A DNA stretch of 64,000 nucleotides, from the NCBI GenBank assembly GCA_951406725.2, contig OX597814.1, positions 195,486,001 through 195,550,000 on the forward strand, given 5' to 3'. Below the pieces are notes generated by a model, which saw only the letters and a list, made by a program, of their open reading frames with translations, had not been told where the DNA came from and searched no databases. The position numbers and the translations under genes are program-made. Positions 29,568 through 42,474 of this stretch are shown in pieces (position 1 is the stretch's first letter; the number at the start of each line of letters is the position of its first letter). Origin of the DNA: Octopus vulgaris. Taxonomy: Eukaryota.

Positions 29568-29570
<3 letters not shown>
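29226..29570 (-). mobile_element. SINE family B
   Basis: Family B match. Confidence 0.9.
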
Positions 29571-29630
<60 letters not shown>

Positions 29631-29736
29631 GTATGTATGTATATATGTATGTATGTATGTATGTGTGTGGGTGTGTATGTGTACGCGCATGTCTGTACAT
29701 GTACGTATGTATATATGTGTGTGTGTGTATATAGTG

Positions 29737-29831
<95 letters not shown>

Positions 29832-29847
29832 ACTTTATAAAGTGATA

Positions 29848-30012
29848 TTTATAAAGTACTTAGTATAGAGAAACAGCCACTTAAATTTCGTACGGCTGCA
29901 TGCCGATTGCGCACAGGAAGAGTGCAATTTTTTATGCATTCTTCCTGCGTATAATCGACATTCATCTGAACGAAACTTAAGTAGCGGTTTCTGTATCCTG
30001 AGTACCGTATAA
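29848..30012. repeat. Diverged foldback / MITE-like inverted repeat
   Basis: GTACTTAG..AGAAAC..CTTAAATTTCGT..CAGGAAGAGTGCA mirrored by TGCATTCTTCCTG..ACGAAACTTAAG..GTTTCT..CTGAGTAC. Confidence 0.7.
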
Positions 30013-30623
30013 AGACCGCAACGACTATGTGTATATGTAAATAAATATATAGTATTGAGTGTTATTGCAGAACCATAGTGTGACGCAATATAAATGTATT
30101 AAAAGAGAGAAGTGACTATATAGAAGCTTAAAGAATAAATGCATACATAATCTAAGACTTACGCATACAAAACATACATCCGTGTATATATGTATGTATG
30201 TAATTATGTATGTGAATAAATGTCTTCTCTTCAACAAAATGCTTAAGCAAGTTTATTCGAGGAAAAATCGATCGATATTGAGTCTGCATTTTATGCAATT
30301 CTCCAATTCTTCTTCCTTGCGGTCGCAATTTCCATGTTGGAGTAATCTAGTTGATATTTGACTCTGTTCGATATTTAATGACTTTATAACAATAATGCAA
30401 GGAACTGCATCCTCCCCGACCTCTTCCTTATCTTTGTCATCATCATAATCATCATCACGATCATCATCAACATCAAATAGTATTATCGCCACAGTTATGA
30501 GCTTTCGATGAAAATTATTCCTGGTATATGCATTTCAGGAAAGCTTTGTAAAATAGTCGCTATTGTATATTCGTATACCTACATACACACACACATACGT
30601 ACGTACACACACACACACACACA

Positions 30624-30665
<42 letters not shown>

Positions 30666-30722
30666 TATATACATATATACATACATATATGTATTTATAT
30701 ACATACATACACATATGTATAT

Positions 30723-30802
<80 letters not shown>

Positions 30803-30888
30803 ATATGTGTATGTGTGTGTATATATACGTACATATATGTATACACATGAATATATATATATATATATAAATATGTGTATATACATAT

Positions 30889-30950
<62 letters not shown>

Positions 30951-31538
30951 GTGTGGACGTAGGAAAATAGTTTTCTGTTCAAGGAAGCAGTCTCCTATAA
31001 ACATTCCAGCTTTGTCTATTATTCTAAACAAATGAATAAATCTAATTCGCAATGGAAGTGCTTTGATGATAGGCGAAACGATCCATTTTCTTCGTAGTTT
31101 TCAGTACTTAAAAGTCACATATACACTGCAAAAGAGAATAAGGAAAGTAATACAACTTCCAGACACACGTATGTTATACACCTCTTCGTGAATGCCTCAA
31201 AACACATGCATGTGCATACATGCATACATACATATATGTATACATAATTACATATACATACACAAATATATATATATATACATACACGTATATTACTATA
31301 AATGCATACATTTCTATACACACAAATATAGATATACATACATATATAGATAATATAAATATATGCATATACATACATCGAAATATATGTATATATATAC
31401 ATATATAGATAATATAGATATATGTATATACATACATCGAAATATATGTATATATATATATATTTAAATATATATATATATATATTTAAATATATATATA
31501 TGCATATATATATATATATTTAAATATATATATGCATA

Positions 31539-31722
<184 letters not shown>

Positions 31723-32314
31723 TCTCATACATATGCCTACATACACACCTAGCCAGACATATAATCGTATTTAGTTTAGACGTAGTTTTATGAACAAAGT
31801 AAAATTGGGAACAAACCGTACTCAACAAGTATTTTAGAGTAAATAGCTGTTATAATATTACTGTTATAATTGATTACCACACCATTCTTTAAGTTGTATG
31901 CCAAACAAATGTGTAACTATAAAGCAACCTCAAAATATAGGGACATATAATTCACGCATGCGTACATGCTAGAATGTTAATGGAGTCAAATGGAAGCTAT
32001 TGTCCAAATTTGAACAATAGTGTAATGAAGTCTCACACGGTGTTCTATAAACATATTTTGGTGTGTGGTTTAGAAGAAGGTCAGATATGTATAGAAATCA
32101 TATTAGGCAGCATAGAGAGCATGTGGAGTAGAAACTATGTCTCTAGAAGGAAGGTCATTTAGAGACACCTCTCCGAAAGTGCTCGTCTAATATAAGGTAG
32201 CTTTATGCAAGTTTTTCCTCCAAATATCTACTGGGTTTTTAGAATTTGTTGTTCCAGATCAACACAATTTTGAAGGACGAGAGAGTGGGACAACCTCTGC
32301 ATAAAATATCCTCA

Positions 32315-32549
32315 CTCTTTTACTCATTTACTCTTTTACTTGTTTCAGTCATTTGACTGCGGCCATACTGGAGTACCGCCTTTAATCGAGCAAATCGACC
32401 CCCAGGACTTATTCTTTGTAAGCCTTCCACTCATTCTAGCTTTCTCGTTTGCCGAACCGCTAAGTTACGGGTACGTAAACACTTACTCAGCGTACCTATT
32501 CGTTTAGATCACCAGTGAACTAAACCTCTCATATACTTTATATATATAA

Positions 32550-32639
<90 letters not shown>

Positions 32640-33039
32640 TCTCTTTTACTCTTTTACTTGTTTCAGTCATTTGACTGCGGCCATGCTGGAGCACCACCTT
32701 TAGTCGAGCAAATCGACCCCGGGACTTATTCTTTGTAAGGCCAGTACTTATTCTATCGGTCTCTTTTGCCGAACCGCTAAGTGACGGGGACGTAAACACA
32801 CCAGCATCGGTTGTCAAGCAATGCTAGGGGGACAAAAACATACACACAAACATATACACACACACTTATATATATATACGACAGGCTTCTTTCAGTTTCC
32901 GTCTACCAAATCCACTCACAAGGCATTGATCGGCCCGGGGCTATAGCAGAAGACACTTGCCCAAGATGCCACGCAGTGGGACTGAACCCGGAACCATGTG
33001 GTTGGTTAGCAAGCTACTTACCACACAGCCACTCCTGCG

Positions 33040-33042
<3 letters not shown>
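32315..33042 (-). mobile_element. SINE family B (3' fragment 32315-32485 and full copy 32640-33042)
   Basis: Family B match. Confidence 0.9.
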
Positions 33043-33083
<41 letters not shown>

Positions 33084-33087
<4 letters not shown>

Positions 33088-33285
33088 TAATCCAAACAAG
33101 AAAACAAAAAGACAACAACGCAAGGACGTAGAACAAATAAAGTATTATTGGACGCTCAGGAAAGAAGGGAAGAAGGAGGGTTTGATGTTTCGAGCAGAGC
33201 TCTTCGTCGGAAACATAGGAGAAGGAAAGATCCCGAGAAGGGAAGACAGAGAAAAAAAATCGCTAGTGATACAGCCGAGGTCACA
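33084..33285 (-). mobile_element. Short hammerhead-bearing repeat, family E1
   Basis: GUUU-CCGACGA-A-GAGC-UCU-GCUC-GAAAC-AUC-AAAC; flanked by (TA)n. Confidence 0.6.
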
Positions 33286-33348
33286 TATATATATATGAAG
33301 AAAGAAGTCAAGATAGGAAATGCTAAAATAATTTTATAAAAAACAGTT

Positions 33349-33384
33349 CAGTACCGGTTTCAGTCATTGTGACTTTTTCAACTG
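33349..33384 (-). ncRNA. Minimal hammerhead-like motif with degenerate core
   Basis: CAG-UUGAAAA-A-GUCA-CAA-UGAC-U-GAAAC-CG-GUA-CUG. Confidence 0.45.
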
Positions 33385-33556
33385 TAACAATTAAACAATT
33401 AGATTTAGAAAAATTAAAAGAAAAGTTTTTTGAAAAGAATATTTGTATAGTGTTCAAATACCAGTGGAATTTTCCTTGTTTCTGCCTGTCTCTGTCTCTC
33501 TTGTTTACTGTTGTGGGTTCGAGGTCGTTGTGAATTCTTTATATATATAATAATAT

Positions 33557-33986
33557 ACATCTGTAAGATCCTAGAAGGACTTGTCCCAAACTTTGGCATC
33601 GAGAGTTACACAAATGCCAGAACTGGGCGCCACTGCATAGTGCCAAGGACTCCAAATTTGCCATCAAGATGTAGGACAAGATACTGTGATAGCCTGGGCT
33701 TCAGAGGCCCACAGCTCTTCAATATCCTCCCGAAGAACCTGAGGGACCTGTATGGGGTGGATGCAGATGTCTTTAAAATAAAACTGGATTTCTTCCTGTC
33801 AGGTGTCCCAGATGAACCAACTTCACGGCAGGAGGTGCAGATGAGAGCAGCTGCATCGAACTCTCTCATGCACCAAATAGCAATTGCTAAAAAGCATTCG
33901 TGAAGTAAAATCATGTAGCAACACCAAATGGCGGTGCCCCAGCATGGCCACGGCTCGTGAGCTGAAACTACATAAAATAAAATAAA

Positions 33987-33990
<4 letters not shown>
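33557..33990 (+). mobile_element. CR1/L2-group LINE 3' end
   Basis: YICKILEGLVPN..RTGRHC..SLGFRGPQLFNILPKNLRDL..FKIKLD..VPDEP, the same tail as 6740, and an (ATAAA)n end. Confidence 0.85.
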
Positions 33991-34026
<36 letters not shown>

Positions 34027-34087
34027 CAAGGAATATATTTAATTGACAAACATATGCATAAATAAATAAATAAAAATAAATGAATAC

Positions 34088-34221
34088 AACTCTTACAACT
34101 GTTTCTACTTTGGGGGTCCAGCATGCCAAAGTGACACACCTTACAAAAATTATACAAAAATTGTACAAGCATTGGACAAAACTTGAACGAAAATTGAACC
34201 GCAAAGCTTCATCAGAGAATT
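34088..34221 (-). ncRNA. Type I hammerhead ribozyme with an ~89-nt loop II
   Basis: AAUUCU-CUGAUGA-A-GCUUUG..CAAAGU-A-GAAAC-AGUU-GUA-AGAGUU; all three stems pair. Confidence 0.6.
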
Positions 34222-34559
34222 CATAATGGTAAGAATTAGACAAGTAAAAATGTAAAATAATAAAAAAAACGAAAAAATAATAATAAAGTAAAGTCGAAGG
34301 TAATATTCAAGGTAATATCCAACAGAGGTTGTGAGATCACATCTTGTTTCAATTTAATGGGGGAGATAGTAAAGATAAACGTTATAGGGTGGGATTAATG
34401 GGATGATCCATATAACAGGAGTCATTAGTTAGAAACTATAAACTATGCAATAGAATAGCAATAACATTTAGTTAATCTAAGCAGAGTTGGGGAAATCATT
34501 ACGTAATTATATCAATAAAAAGCATTTTGGGTATAAATTGTGATGTTATTATTTACTAA

Positions 34560-34985
34560 TAGGCCTAGGAGTGGCTGTGTGGTAAGTAGCTTGCTTACGA
34601 ACCACATGGTTCCGGGTTCAATCCCACTGCGTGGCACCTTGGGCAAGTGTCTTCTACTACTGCCTCGGGACGACCAAAGCCTTGTGAGTGGATTTGGTAG
34701 ATGAAAACTGAAAGAAGCCCGTCGTATATATGTGTGTGTATGTGTGTGTATGTGTGTGTGTATATGCTTGTGTGTCTGTGTTTTGTCCCCCCAACATCAC
34801 TTGACAACCGATGGTGGTGTGTTTATGTGCCCGTAACTTAGCGGTTCGGCAAAAGGGACCGATAGAATATGTACTCGGCTTACAAAGAATAAGTCCTGGG
34901 GTCGATTTGCTCGACTAAAGGTGGTGCTCCAGCATGGCATCAGTCAAATGACTGAAGCAAGTTAAAGACTAAAGAGTAAAGAGTA
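34560..34985 (+). mobile_element. SINE family B
   Basis: Full-length family B match. Confidence 0.9.
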
Positions 34986-35747
34986 ACAAAAAATGTCATC
35001 ATAATATCCCTATGATAAGTAGGGTAAGGCTAACGTAACTCCTACAACTTAATTGGTCAGCTAATATTTAAAAATCTATAACGTTGTTTGGGTCCGTTAA
35101 AACTATCAATAAAATACAAAACAAATTAAAGAAAATATTCAAAAGAAAATTTGAGAAGAAATTTCTAAGGGGATAAATACTAAGGGGGATAATAAATAAA
35201 TACGTAGGGTGAGGAATCTGGTATTATGTTATGAATACTTCTAAGATAAATTTTTTAATTGAAAAAAAATAATTATCTTTTGTGAAATATAGTTAAAGGG
35301 GGGTAACCGTGCAAAAGCTGTTAGCTTATACCAATTTCTCCTCATACATTTCAATATTTCAATATTTCAATAATAACATAAATAAGCTTTTAGAATAAAT
35401 ATCTGGTTATGAGATATAATAAACAATATATAACATATAACATATAATATCTAATATATAACATACCACACAATATATTTGTATTTATCCATATGATTAT
35501 ATTTAATAAATAGATCTAGTTGATGTTTGTCAGCTGAGGTTTGTGAATTAAATATCTTCTCTGTTTTCTTACTTGCTTTAAAAATTCTGAATAAACTTTT
35601 GTTTACCTACACTTAGTCCTATTATTCAATTGTACAATTGCCTTGCAACAGTAAGCATTTGGATATAAATAGGTATACCTCCAGTAGTATATTGTATATT
35701 TATTATCCCTTAGATGATTGTCTAACCTCTAACTCATATATACTTAA

Positions 35748-35785
<38 letters not shown>

Positions 35786-35813
35786 TATATATATATATAT
35801 ATCCCATCGAAAG

Positions 35814-35878
35814 TTCTACTGAAGAAGGAATATATCTTTTTTTTATAAGATTAAGTCCGAAATTGATTCAATATAGAG
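35814..35878 (+). ncRNA. Type I hammerhead ribozyme
   Basis: UUCUA-CUGAAGA-A-GGA..UCC-GAAAUUG-AUU-CAAU-A-UAGAG; intact core, stems I-III pair. Confidence 0.65.
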
Positions 35879-36008
35879 ATAACGAAATTTAAATTTTCTA
35901 AAGGTTAGTTGCCCGTTTTCAGTTTCAATTTTCCCGTAACAAGCGGATTATAAGTGGATAAACCAGTGTATTTGGCTTTAGAATAACCCTCTTTAGCCCT
36001 TAATTATA

Positions 36009-36045
<37 letters not shown>

Positions 36046-36328
36046 ATTGAAACAGTCGAAACATTCCTGTCACAATCTGGGACCTTGAAGACTGCTTAAA
36101 TGCAAGAAAGTATAGTAGTCCCTTAATATTTGATATTCAATATTTCATCTATTCAATAAGACAATCAATACTTCATTTCATTATACTATATATATATTAT
36201 TTATACTATATATTATATATTCTACATTAATATTATAAAGAATATGAATGAAACATAAAAAACAGAGTTGGAATTCCTTTGAATAATATATATCCCTCTA
36301 TACACAATCATACAAACCCCTTTTTATT

Positions 36329-36398
<70 letters not shown>

Positions 36399-36708
36399 AC
36401 ACACACATATTTATACACATGCTCTCTCTCTCACTTTCTCCTCATCCATCACCCTCTTGTACAGTCTTATGTTCCTCCCCACCACTACAAACTCAATACC
36501 ACTATAAAATGGTCAAAACTTTTCACACATGAACTTAGTTTGATTTGAAAACCCCACTAGAATGGGAGAAAGCGTTAATACATGATCTAAGTTATATGAT
36601 GTATAAAAAAGGTAATATACAAATAAATATCTGGAAATATAAACCATCCGATTTTCTGAGTACCTCATTTCTTCTAATATAAAATACTTGTACATCATCT
36701 CCAAACCT

Positions 36709-36759
<51 letters not shown>

Positions 36760-36760
36760 G

Positions 36761-36823
<63 letters not shown>

Positions 36824-37152
36824 AGAGAGAGAAAATGTGGAGCTACATTGGCACCCGGTTGTTATTTGTCTTCATCTGAGTAAGCTGTAGCAACGTGAAA
36901 TGAAGTGCCCTTTCGATCCAAAATTCGAAACTACGACCATATCATCATGAGCCAGACACGCTAACCTCTATGCCACGCTTTCATACACCTATATACACGA
37001 GCGCACTCATTAAAATACACGTATACGTTACTTCACATCCACACTGGTTTCCGTTAAATCAATCCATCTACGCACACCAGATCTGTTGCCTACTTCAAAA
37101 AGTCCTTATTACTCTTAAGGCAGTAGAATTCTACCCACCTCCCTCTGTTTCA

Positions 37153-37194
<42 letters not shown>

Positions 37195-37397
37195 TTATAT
37201 ACTCAAACACGCATACATGTACATACATTCTGTTACTAGTTTCTGCCTGAGGGCAGTAGCCATTCAAGAAAATCTCCACCAGTGCTATATATGTACTTTA
37301 TGTACACGCACACACACACACACACACACATACACACACATACACACACACACATACATACGCACACATGTATGTTTGTCTATTGATGTGATCCACA

Positions 37398-37445
<48 letters not shown>

Positions 37446-38389
37446 TATAGACACGCACACACATACTCATAATTTATCTCTGCAAAACTTTCTTTGGTGA
37501 ACAGTTCATTCTAACCTGTCAGTATTAAAATAACCTGTGTTATATATTACATATAATACGGATCTTAAACTAATTTCCACATTCGTCATATTGCTATTTC
37601 ATGTTTGTATTATGTTCTTCTGATTACAATTATGAAATTACACGCTCCCTTCATTAATAGATTTGTTTTAACATTTTCTATTTCCAGTCACACAGCATAA
37701 ATATTTTCAGAGTATAATTATTTTTCTCGCAACAACTAGATGCACAAACTGGAATTAATTTAATCAAAGTGCATGATAGAAAAATTCTATGTATTACGAT
37801 GTTAGATGTTTATGAAATCCCTGGAGCTATTTTGTTTTCAAATTCCTAGTTATTTGAGAAGATATATTTAGAAATAACAGAAACTTGGTAAGAGTGTTAA
37901 ACAGAGGTTATTGCCAGTTCAGTAACTGTCTTTGTATAAAAGTTGGGGAAACCATTCGCGCCTGGCTTCTTGCTTCTGTGAATGTTAGAAATGACACTGT
38001 TTCGTCTGCAGCTAATATTGGAATTGAAATCAATTAGATTATATCAGATATCTGAATACATTTCTCTTGAAGTATATTCTAACTTTAAGCCGGAATTTAT
38101 GCATAAAATGCTCACTGATTTTTTGGAATGTATAGACCGGAAGCTTCACATTCTTAACTAGAAAAGAGAAATTCACATCAATAAAAGCTGAAAACCAAAG
38201 TTCAACAACTTTATGTATGTCAAATGACAGTTTATTAAACATACATGCTTAATATTATTGATTAAATATAAAGTTGAAAATGGTCGAACGAATGCATTGT
38301 CAACTATTATTTGATGGCATAAAAGACCCACGGGTACATTAGACGCACTGCAATTTCAGCAACACTCGTTTGCTTGTTTATGACAGCTC

Positions 38390-38620
38390 ATCAAAGGTGT
38401 TGGCGGCGTCGATCCAAGACATTCATCCTTTTCCACCTCCAGCACATTGTTTCTAATGGAAGTGGATGCGACTGACAAGACTGATACAAAATAGAGAATT
38501 CCTGTGGCAATGAGGACACTAAAAGTGACCCCGAAAAATAGCCGCAGGGTGTTGGTGTTGATAACGAAGTCTCTGGCTAACTTCATACAGTCTCCTGCGT
38601 TCGGTTTCAAAGTGTTCAAA
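38390..38620 (-). mobile_element. RTE-like LINE 3' fragment
   Basis: Homologous to 22995-23680 (FETERRRLYE..CPHCHR..SLVS..H*). Confidence 0.6.
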
Positions 38621-38700
38621 ACTCCAACATCTCACAGGGACCTCAACACTTTCCAGTTAACAGCCAGGGGATCCAATCAATTGGTTCAGCAGCACATGTT

Positions 38701-39075
38701 GTGGAGGCGCAATGGCCCAATGGTTAGGACAGCGGACTCACAGTCGGAGGATCGCGGTTTCGATTCCCAGACCGGGCGTTGTGTGTATTTATTGAGCGAA
38801 GATACCTAAAGCTCCACGATGCTCCGGCAGGGGGTGGTGGCAACCCCTGTTGTACTCTTTCGCTCCAACTTTCTCTCACTCTTTCCTCCTGTTTCTTGTC
38901 CCCGACTTCCAACGCAACCGCTGAGCCTGGATACGCATTCATCCATCCGTCGATGCTCTCGGTGTCGGGGCTTGACCTGCTTTCTCTTCTGCGGGTCTTA
39001 CGAATAGCAAAGGATCACGTTTCGGACTTCTCCCACGATTACCGCTTCACTCAACAGCAATAGCAGCAGCAGCAC
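38701..39075 (+). mobile_element. SINE family C (tRNA-like head)
   Basis: GTGGAGGCGCAATGGCCCAATGGTTAGG..GGTTTCGATTCCC (A/B boxes), body ending CAACTTTCTCTCACTCTTTCC. Confidence 0.85.
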
Positions 39076-39339
39076 ACATTACCAAGTTTCTCATGCATGG
39101 GAAAGGTAGGGGGTGGGGTGGGAACTTTGCATATAGAACATGGAGTAATTTCTAAAGAGATTTTTGTGAGCCAAAACTGCGTCTGATGTGGCATCAAATA
39201 AGGTAGTCGGTTCAGGGCAGTGGAAAGTACCGAATCTTGAGGTATTTAGTGGCATCACACTCTGAGATAACATCTCACTGAGCTCACCTTTGCCTTTCAA
39301 TCATTCCGGATGAATAAAATAAGGTGTTAGCCAGTAGTG

Positions 39340-39662
39340 AAACGGCGTGGCTTAGTGGTTAGGGTATTCAATAAATGATCGTAAGCTCCTGTGTTCGATT
39401 CCTGGTGGCGCCTTTTTTGTCCTTGAACAAGACACTTTGTTTCACGCTGCTCCAGTCCACTCAGCTGACAAAATTGAATTATACCTATAATTCAAACGGC
39501 CAGCTCGGCCACATCCTGTGTCACGTTGAATCTTGCTGAGAACTACGTTAACAATACACGTGTCTGTGGAGTGCTCAGCCACCTGGACGCTAATTTTCCG
39601 AGTAGGCTGTTCCGTTGATCGAACCAACTGGAGAACTCGTCGTTGTAACCGACGGAGTGCCA
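39340..39662 (+). mobile_element. tRNA-derived SINE related to family C
   Basis: GGCGTGGCTTAGTGGTTAGG..GTTCGATTCC..GTCCTTGAACAAGACACTT..GCTCCAGTCCACTCAG; second copy at 47055-47270 (-). Confidence 0.75.
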
Positions 39663-40324
39663 ATATATATATCTTCGTCGAAGCTTAGAAAACGTTATCA
39701 AAACTGTTCAAACAACTCGGAGCTCGGAAGAATAAGGAATAATAGTTTAAAGTGCAAATGTCATCCAAACTCTAGCAGTAACAAATGTTCTCTTCCATTT
39801 TTTTTTCTTTGTATAATTCAGAAAGTCTATCAAATTGTTATCGAAGAATTAGTAATGTATTCGACATATTTTCACCCCTAAACCTAAGTAAAAAAAAATA
39901 TACAAAAATTCTCTCAGTAATAAAACATATAAATGTCATATTATCAACAAGAATTCCTAATGATTTTTCTCTGGGAACACTAGAATAAATAAATAAATAA
40001 ATAAATAAAATAAATAAATAAAATAAAATAAAAAAACAAAAGTCAAAATGTCCTGAAAGTATCGAAATGATGTCCCGAATTGGAAGTTAATCCTGTTATT
40101 CTCCCTTAATCCTTCTTATAGATTAAATGTTAACATTTTGACAGTTCGTTAAATAATCTGTACATTTTCTCAAAATACTTAAAAATTCATTTTATTTTAG
40201 ATAGAAAGAATACAGAATATATATGTATACACAGATATATACAGACATATACATACACGCATACACATATATATATACATATATATATATAAATATATAC
40301 ATATATATATACATATACATATAT

Positions 40325-40386
<62 letters not shown>

Positions 40387-40392
40387 ATATAC

Positions 40393-40448
<56 letters not shown>

Positions 40449-40509
40449 GTAAATATATACACACACATACATATATATATATATAATATATATATATGTA
40501 AATATATAC

Positions 40510-40566
<57 letters not shown>

Positions 40567-40808
40567 CATACATAAATGCATACATACATACAGATATATA
40601 TATGCTTTCTTGGTGTTATGTGCATATATATATCTTTCATAAACAACTTCTTATCTATATGCTCAACACATATACAGTACACTCATGCATACACACATGT
40701 ACACATATACGCACATATGTGTTTGCATCTATGTATGTTGATAGATAAACATAGATGTTTATATACGAAAAGTATATTTATGGATGAGCAAAAAATGCGA
40801 ATTAGAGA

Positions 40809-40931
<123 letters not shown>

Positions 40932-41121
40932 ATAAGGATTTTGATAATAAATTTCGATATAGAGAGTTCAATATATTCAGAAGTACATGAGTTAGTGTGT
41001 GTCGTTTCCATTCTTCCAGTCAGAACTTGTTAGTGTATCAGACATTTTCGTCAATGGAGTCACTAATATGTATGTATGTATGTATGCATGCATGTAAGCA
41101 TGTACGTATGTATGTACGTAC

Positions 41122-41152
<31 letters not shown>

Positions 41153-41170
41153 TGTATGTATGTATGTATG

Positions 41171-41303
41171 AAAATCTTTGGCGATTTTTTTTCTGCGTCT
41201 TCCCTTCCTTGGACCTTTCCTTTTTCTGTGATTCTGACGAAGAGCTCCGCTCGAAACGTTAAATCCTTCTTTCTTTCCTTTTCCTCAGCTACCAATAACA
41301 CTG
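41171..41303 (+). mobile_element. Short hammerhead-bearing repeat, family E1
   Basis: GAUU-CUGACGA-A-GAGC-UCC-GCUC-GAAAC-GUUA-AAUC at 41230-41265. Confidence 0.65.
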
Positions 41304-41327
41304 TCGATAGATTTCACTGAATATATA

Positions 41328-41644
41328 TATATGTTTGCGAAGGCTTGGCAGGCACCTCAGCTAGCAGGACTTACTACCCTAGACTGATGACGAGCAAGAC
41401 TCAGAAACATGTCATGTCTCTGGATGCAGTCCTAGCTGGTGGGGGTGCTTGTCTCCCCTTCGCAAATATAAGGACACAGGAAATGTATCAAAGCCGGCAG
41501 AAAGCGTCGATGCTTCCTAGGGCTAAATAGCGGTGGTGTGATTCCCTTTACGGGACTGTCACGTTGAGTTGACAGTATACAGCCACTCTATCGCTACACC
41601 ACCGCTCATATCTCTCTGAGACATTTAGAAATTTAATATTTCTA

Positions 41645-41648
<4 letters not shown>
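41328..41648 (+). mobile_element. Retrozyme-like element: rod-shaped RNA with an apical hammerhead, in (TA)n
   Basis: Nested helices TTTGCGAAGG/CCTTCGCAAA, GCAGGCACC/GGTGCTTGT, CAGCTAG/CTAGCTG and AGGACT/AGTCCT enclose the hammerhead; second hairpin AGCGGTGGTGT/ACACCACCGCT. Confidence 0.65.
41379..41423 (+). ncRNA. Type I hammerhead ribozyme, intact core
   Basis: CUAGA-CUGAUGA-C-GAG-CAAGA-CUC-A-GAAACAU-GUC-AUGU-C-UCUGG; predicted cleavage after C41418. Confidence 0.8.
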
Positions 41649-41712
<64 letters not shown>

Positions 41713-41728
41713 GTTTAAATATTTGTTG

Positions 41729-41913
41729 TGCAAGATTTTTTATGTGAAGTCGTGTGTTGAAACAGATATTGTTATATTTCGGAATGGTCATATTGCCAGT
41801 TTAGCCAATTAAGATTAATGTAAAAAATAAATATCACTGAAGCAAAATAACACCAAATATATAGTGCGTGTGTTTTTATTGGCTAAACTGGCAATATGAC
41901 CATTCCGAAATAT

Positions 41914-41921
<8 letters not shown>
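41729..41921. repeat. Repeat with a 44-bp perfect inverted duplication (41766-41809 / 41878-41921)
   Basis: ATATTGTTATATTTCGGAATGGTCATATTGCCAGTTTAGCCAAT and its reverse complement. Confidence 0.85.
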
Positions 41922-41961
<40 letters not shown>

Positions 41962-42056
41962 ATATATGTAGGTCCCGGGTTGAGTCGGGGTTAACCACAG
42001 TAAATAAGGTACTCAATACATAGCAGAGTAAATTAATTTATTTTATAGAAGGAGTT

Positions 42057-42144
42057 TACAGGACTAGAACTGTTTCATTCAAAAGAAATCATCAGGAAGC
42101 GCTTCCTGATGATTTCTTTTGAATGAAACAGTTCTAGTCCTGTA
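42057..42144. repeat. 88-bp perfect palindrome; each arm has a hammerhead-like core
   Basis: Axis at 42100/42101; arm reads CUGAUGA-U-UUC-UUUU-GAA-U-GAAACAG..CUGU-A. Confidence 0.9.
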
Positions 42145-42188
42145 TCCTTCTATATATATATATCAATATATATATATATGTATGTATT

Positions 42189-42222
<34 letters not shown>

Positions 42223-42227
<5 letters not shown>

Positions 42228-42446
42228 ATCCCTCGCCATATCGCGGTTCACCTATCACGGTTTATTATTTAAGCTCATGTCGTTTCCTCCATGTTGTTGC
42301 TTTGCATTTATAATAAAATAAATATATACAAATCATAAAAATAATAATAATAAAAATACAGTCCAGTACTGTTTCTACTTCGTGGATTTTCACCTATCGC
42401 GGTGTTGTGGGTTTGGGATGTAACACCCGCGATAGTCGAGGGCTTA
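42223..42446. mobile_element. Tigger/pogo-like MITE
   Basis: CAGTAATCCCTCG..ATCGCGG / CCGCGATAGTCGAGGG termini; related to 2883-3265. Confidence 0.7.
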
Positions 42447-42474
42447 TATATATATATTTTTTCTTTCTTTTTTT

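Noticed and set aside
38701-38775. tRNA-like sequences (also 43438, 51715, 61540 and the family A/B heads)
   Set aside because: They continue straight into SINE bodies and lack a proper acceptor stem and terminator
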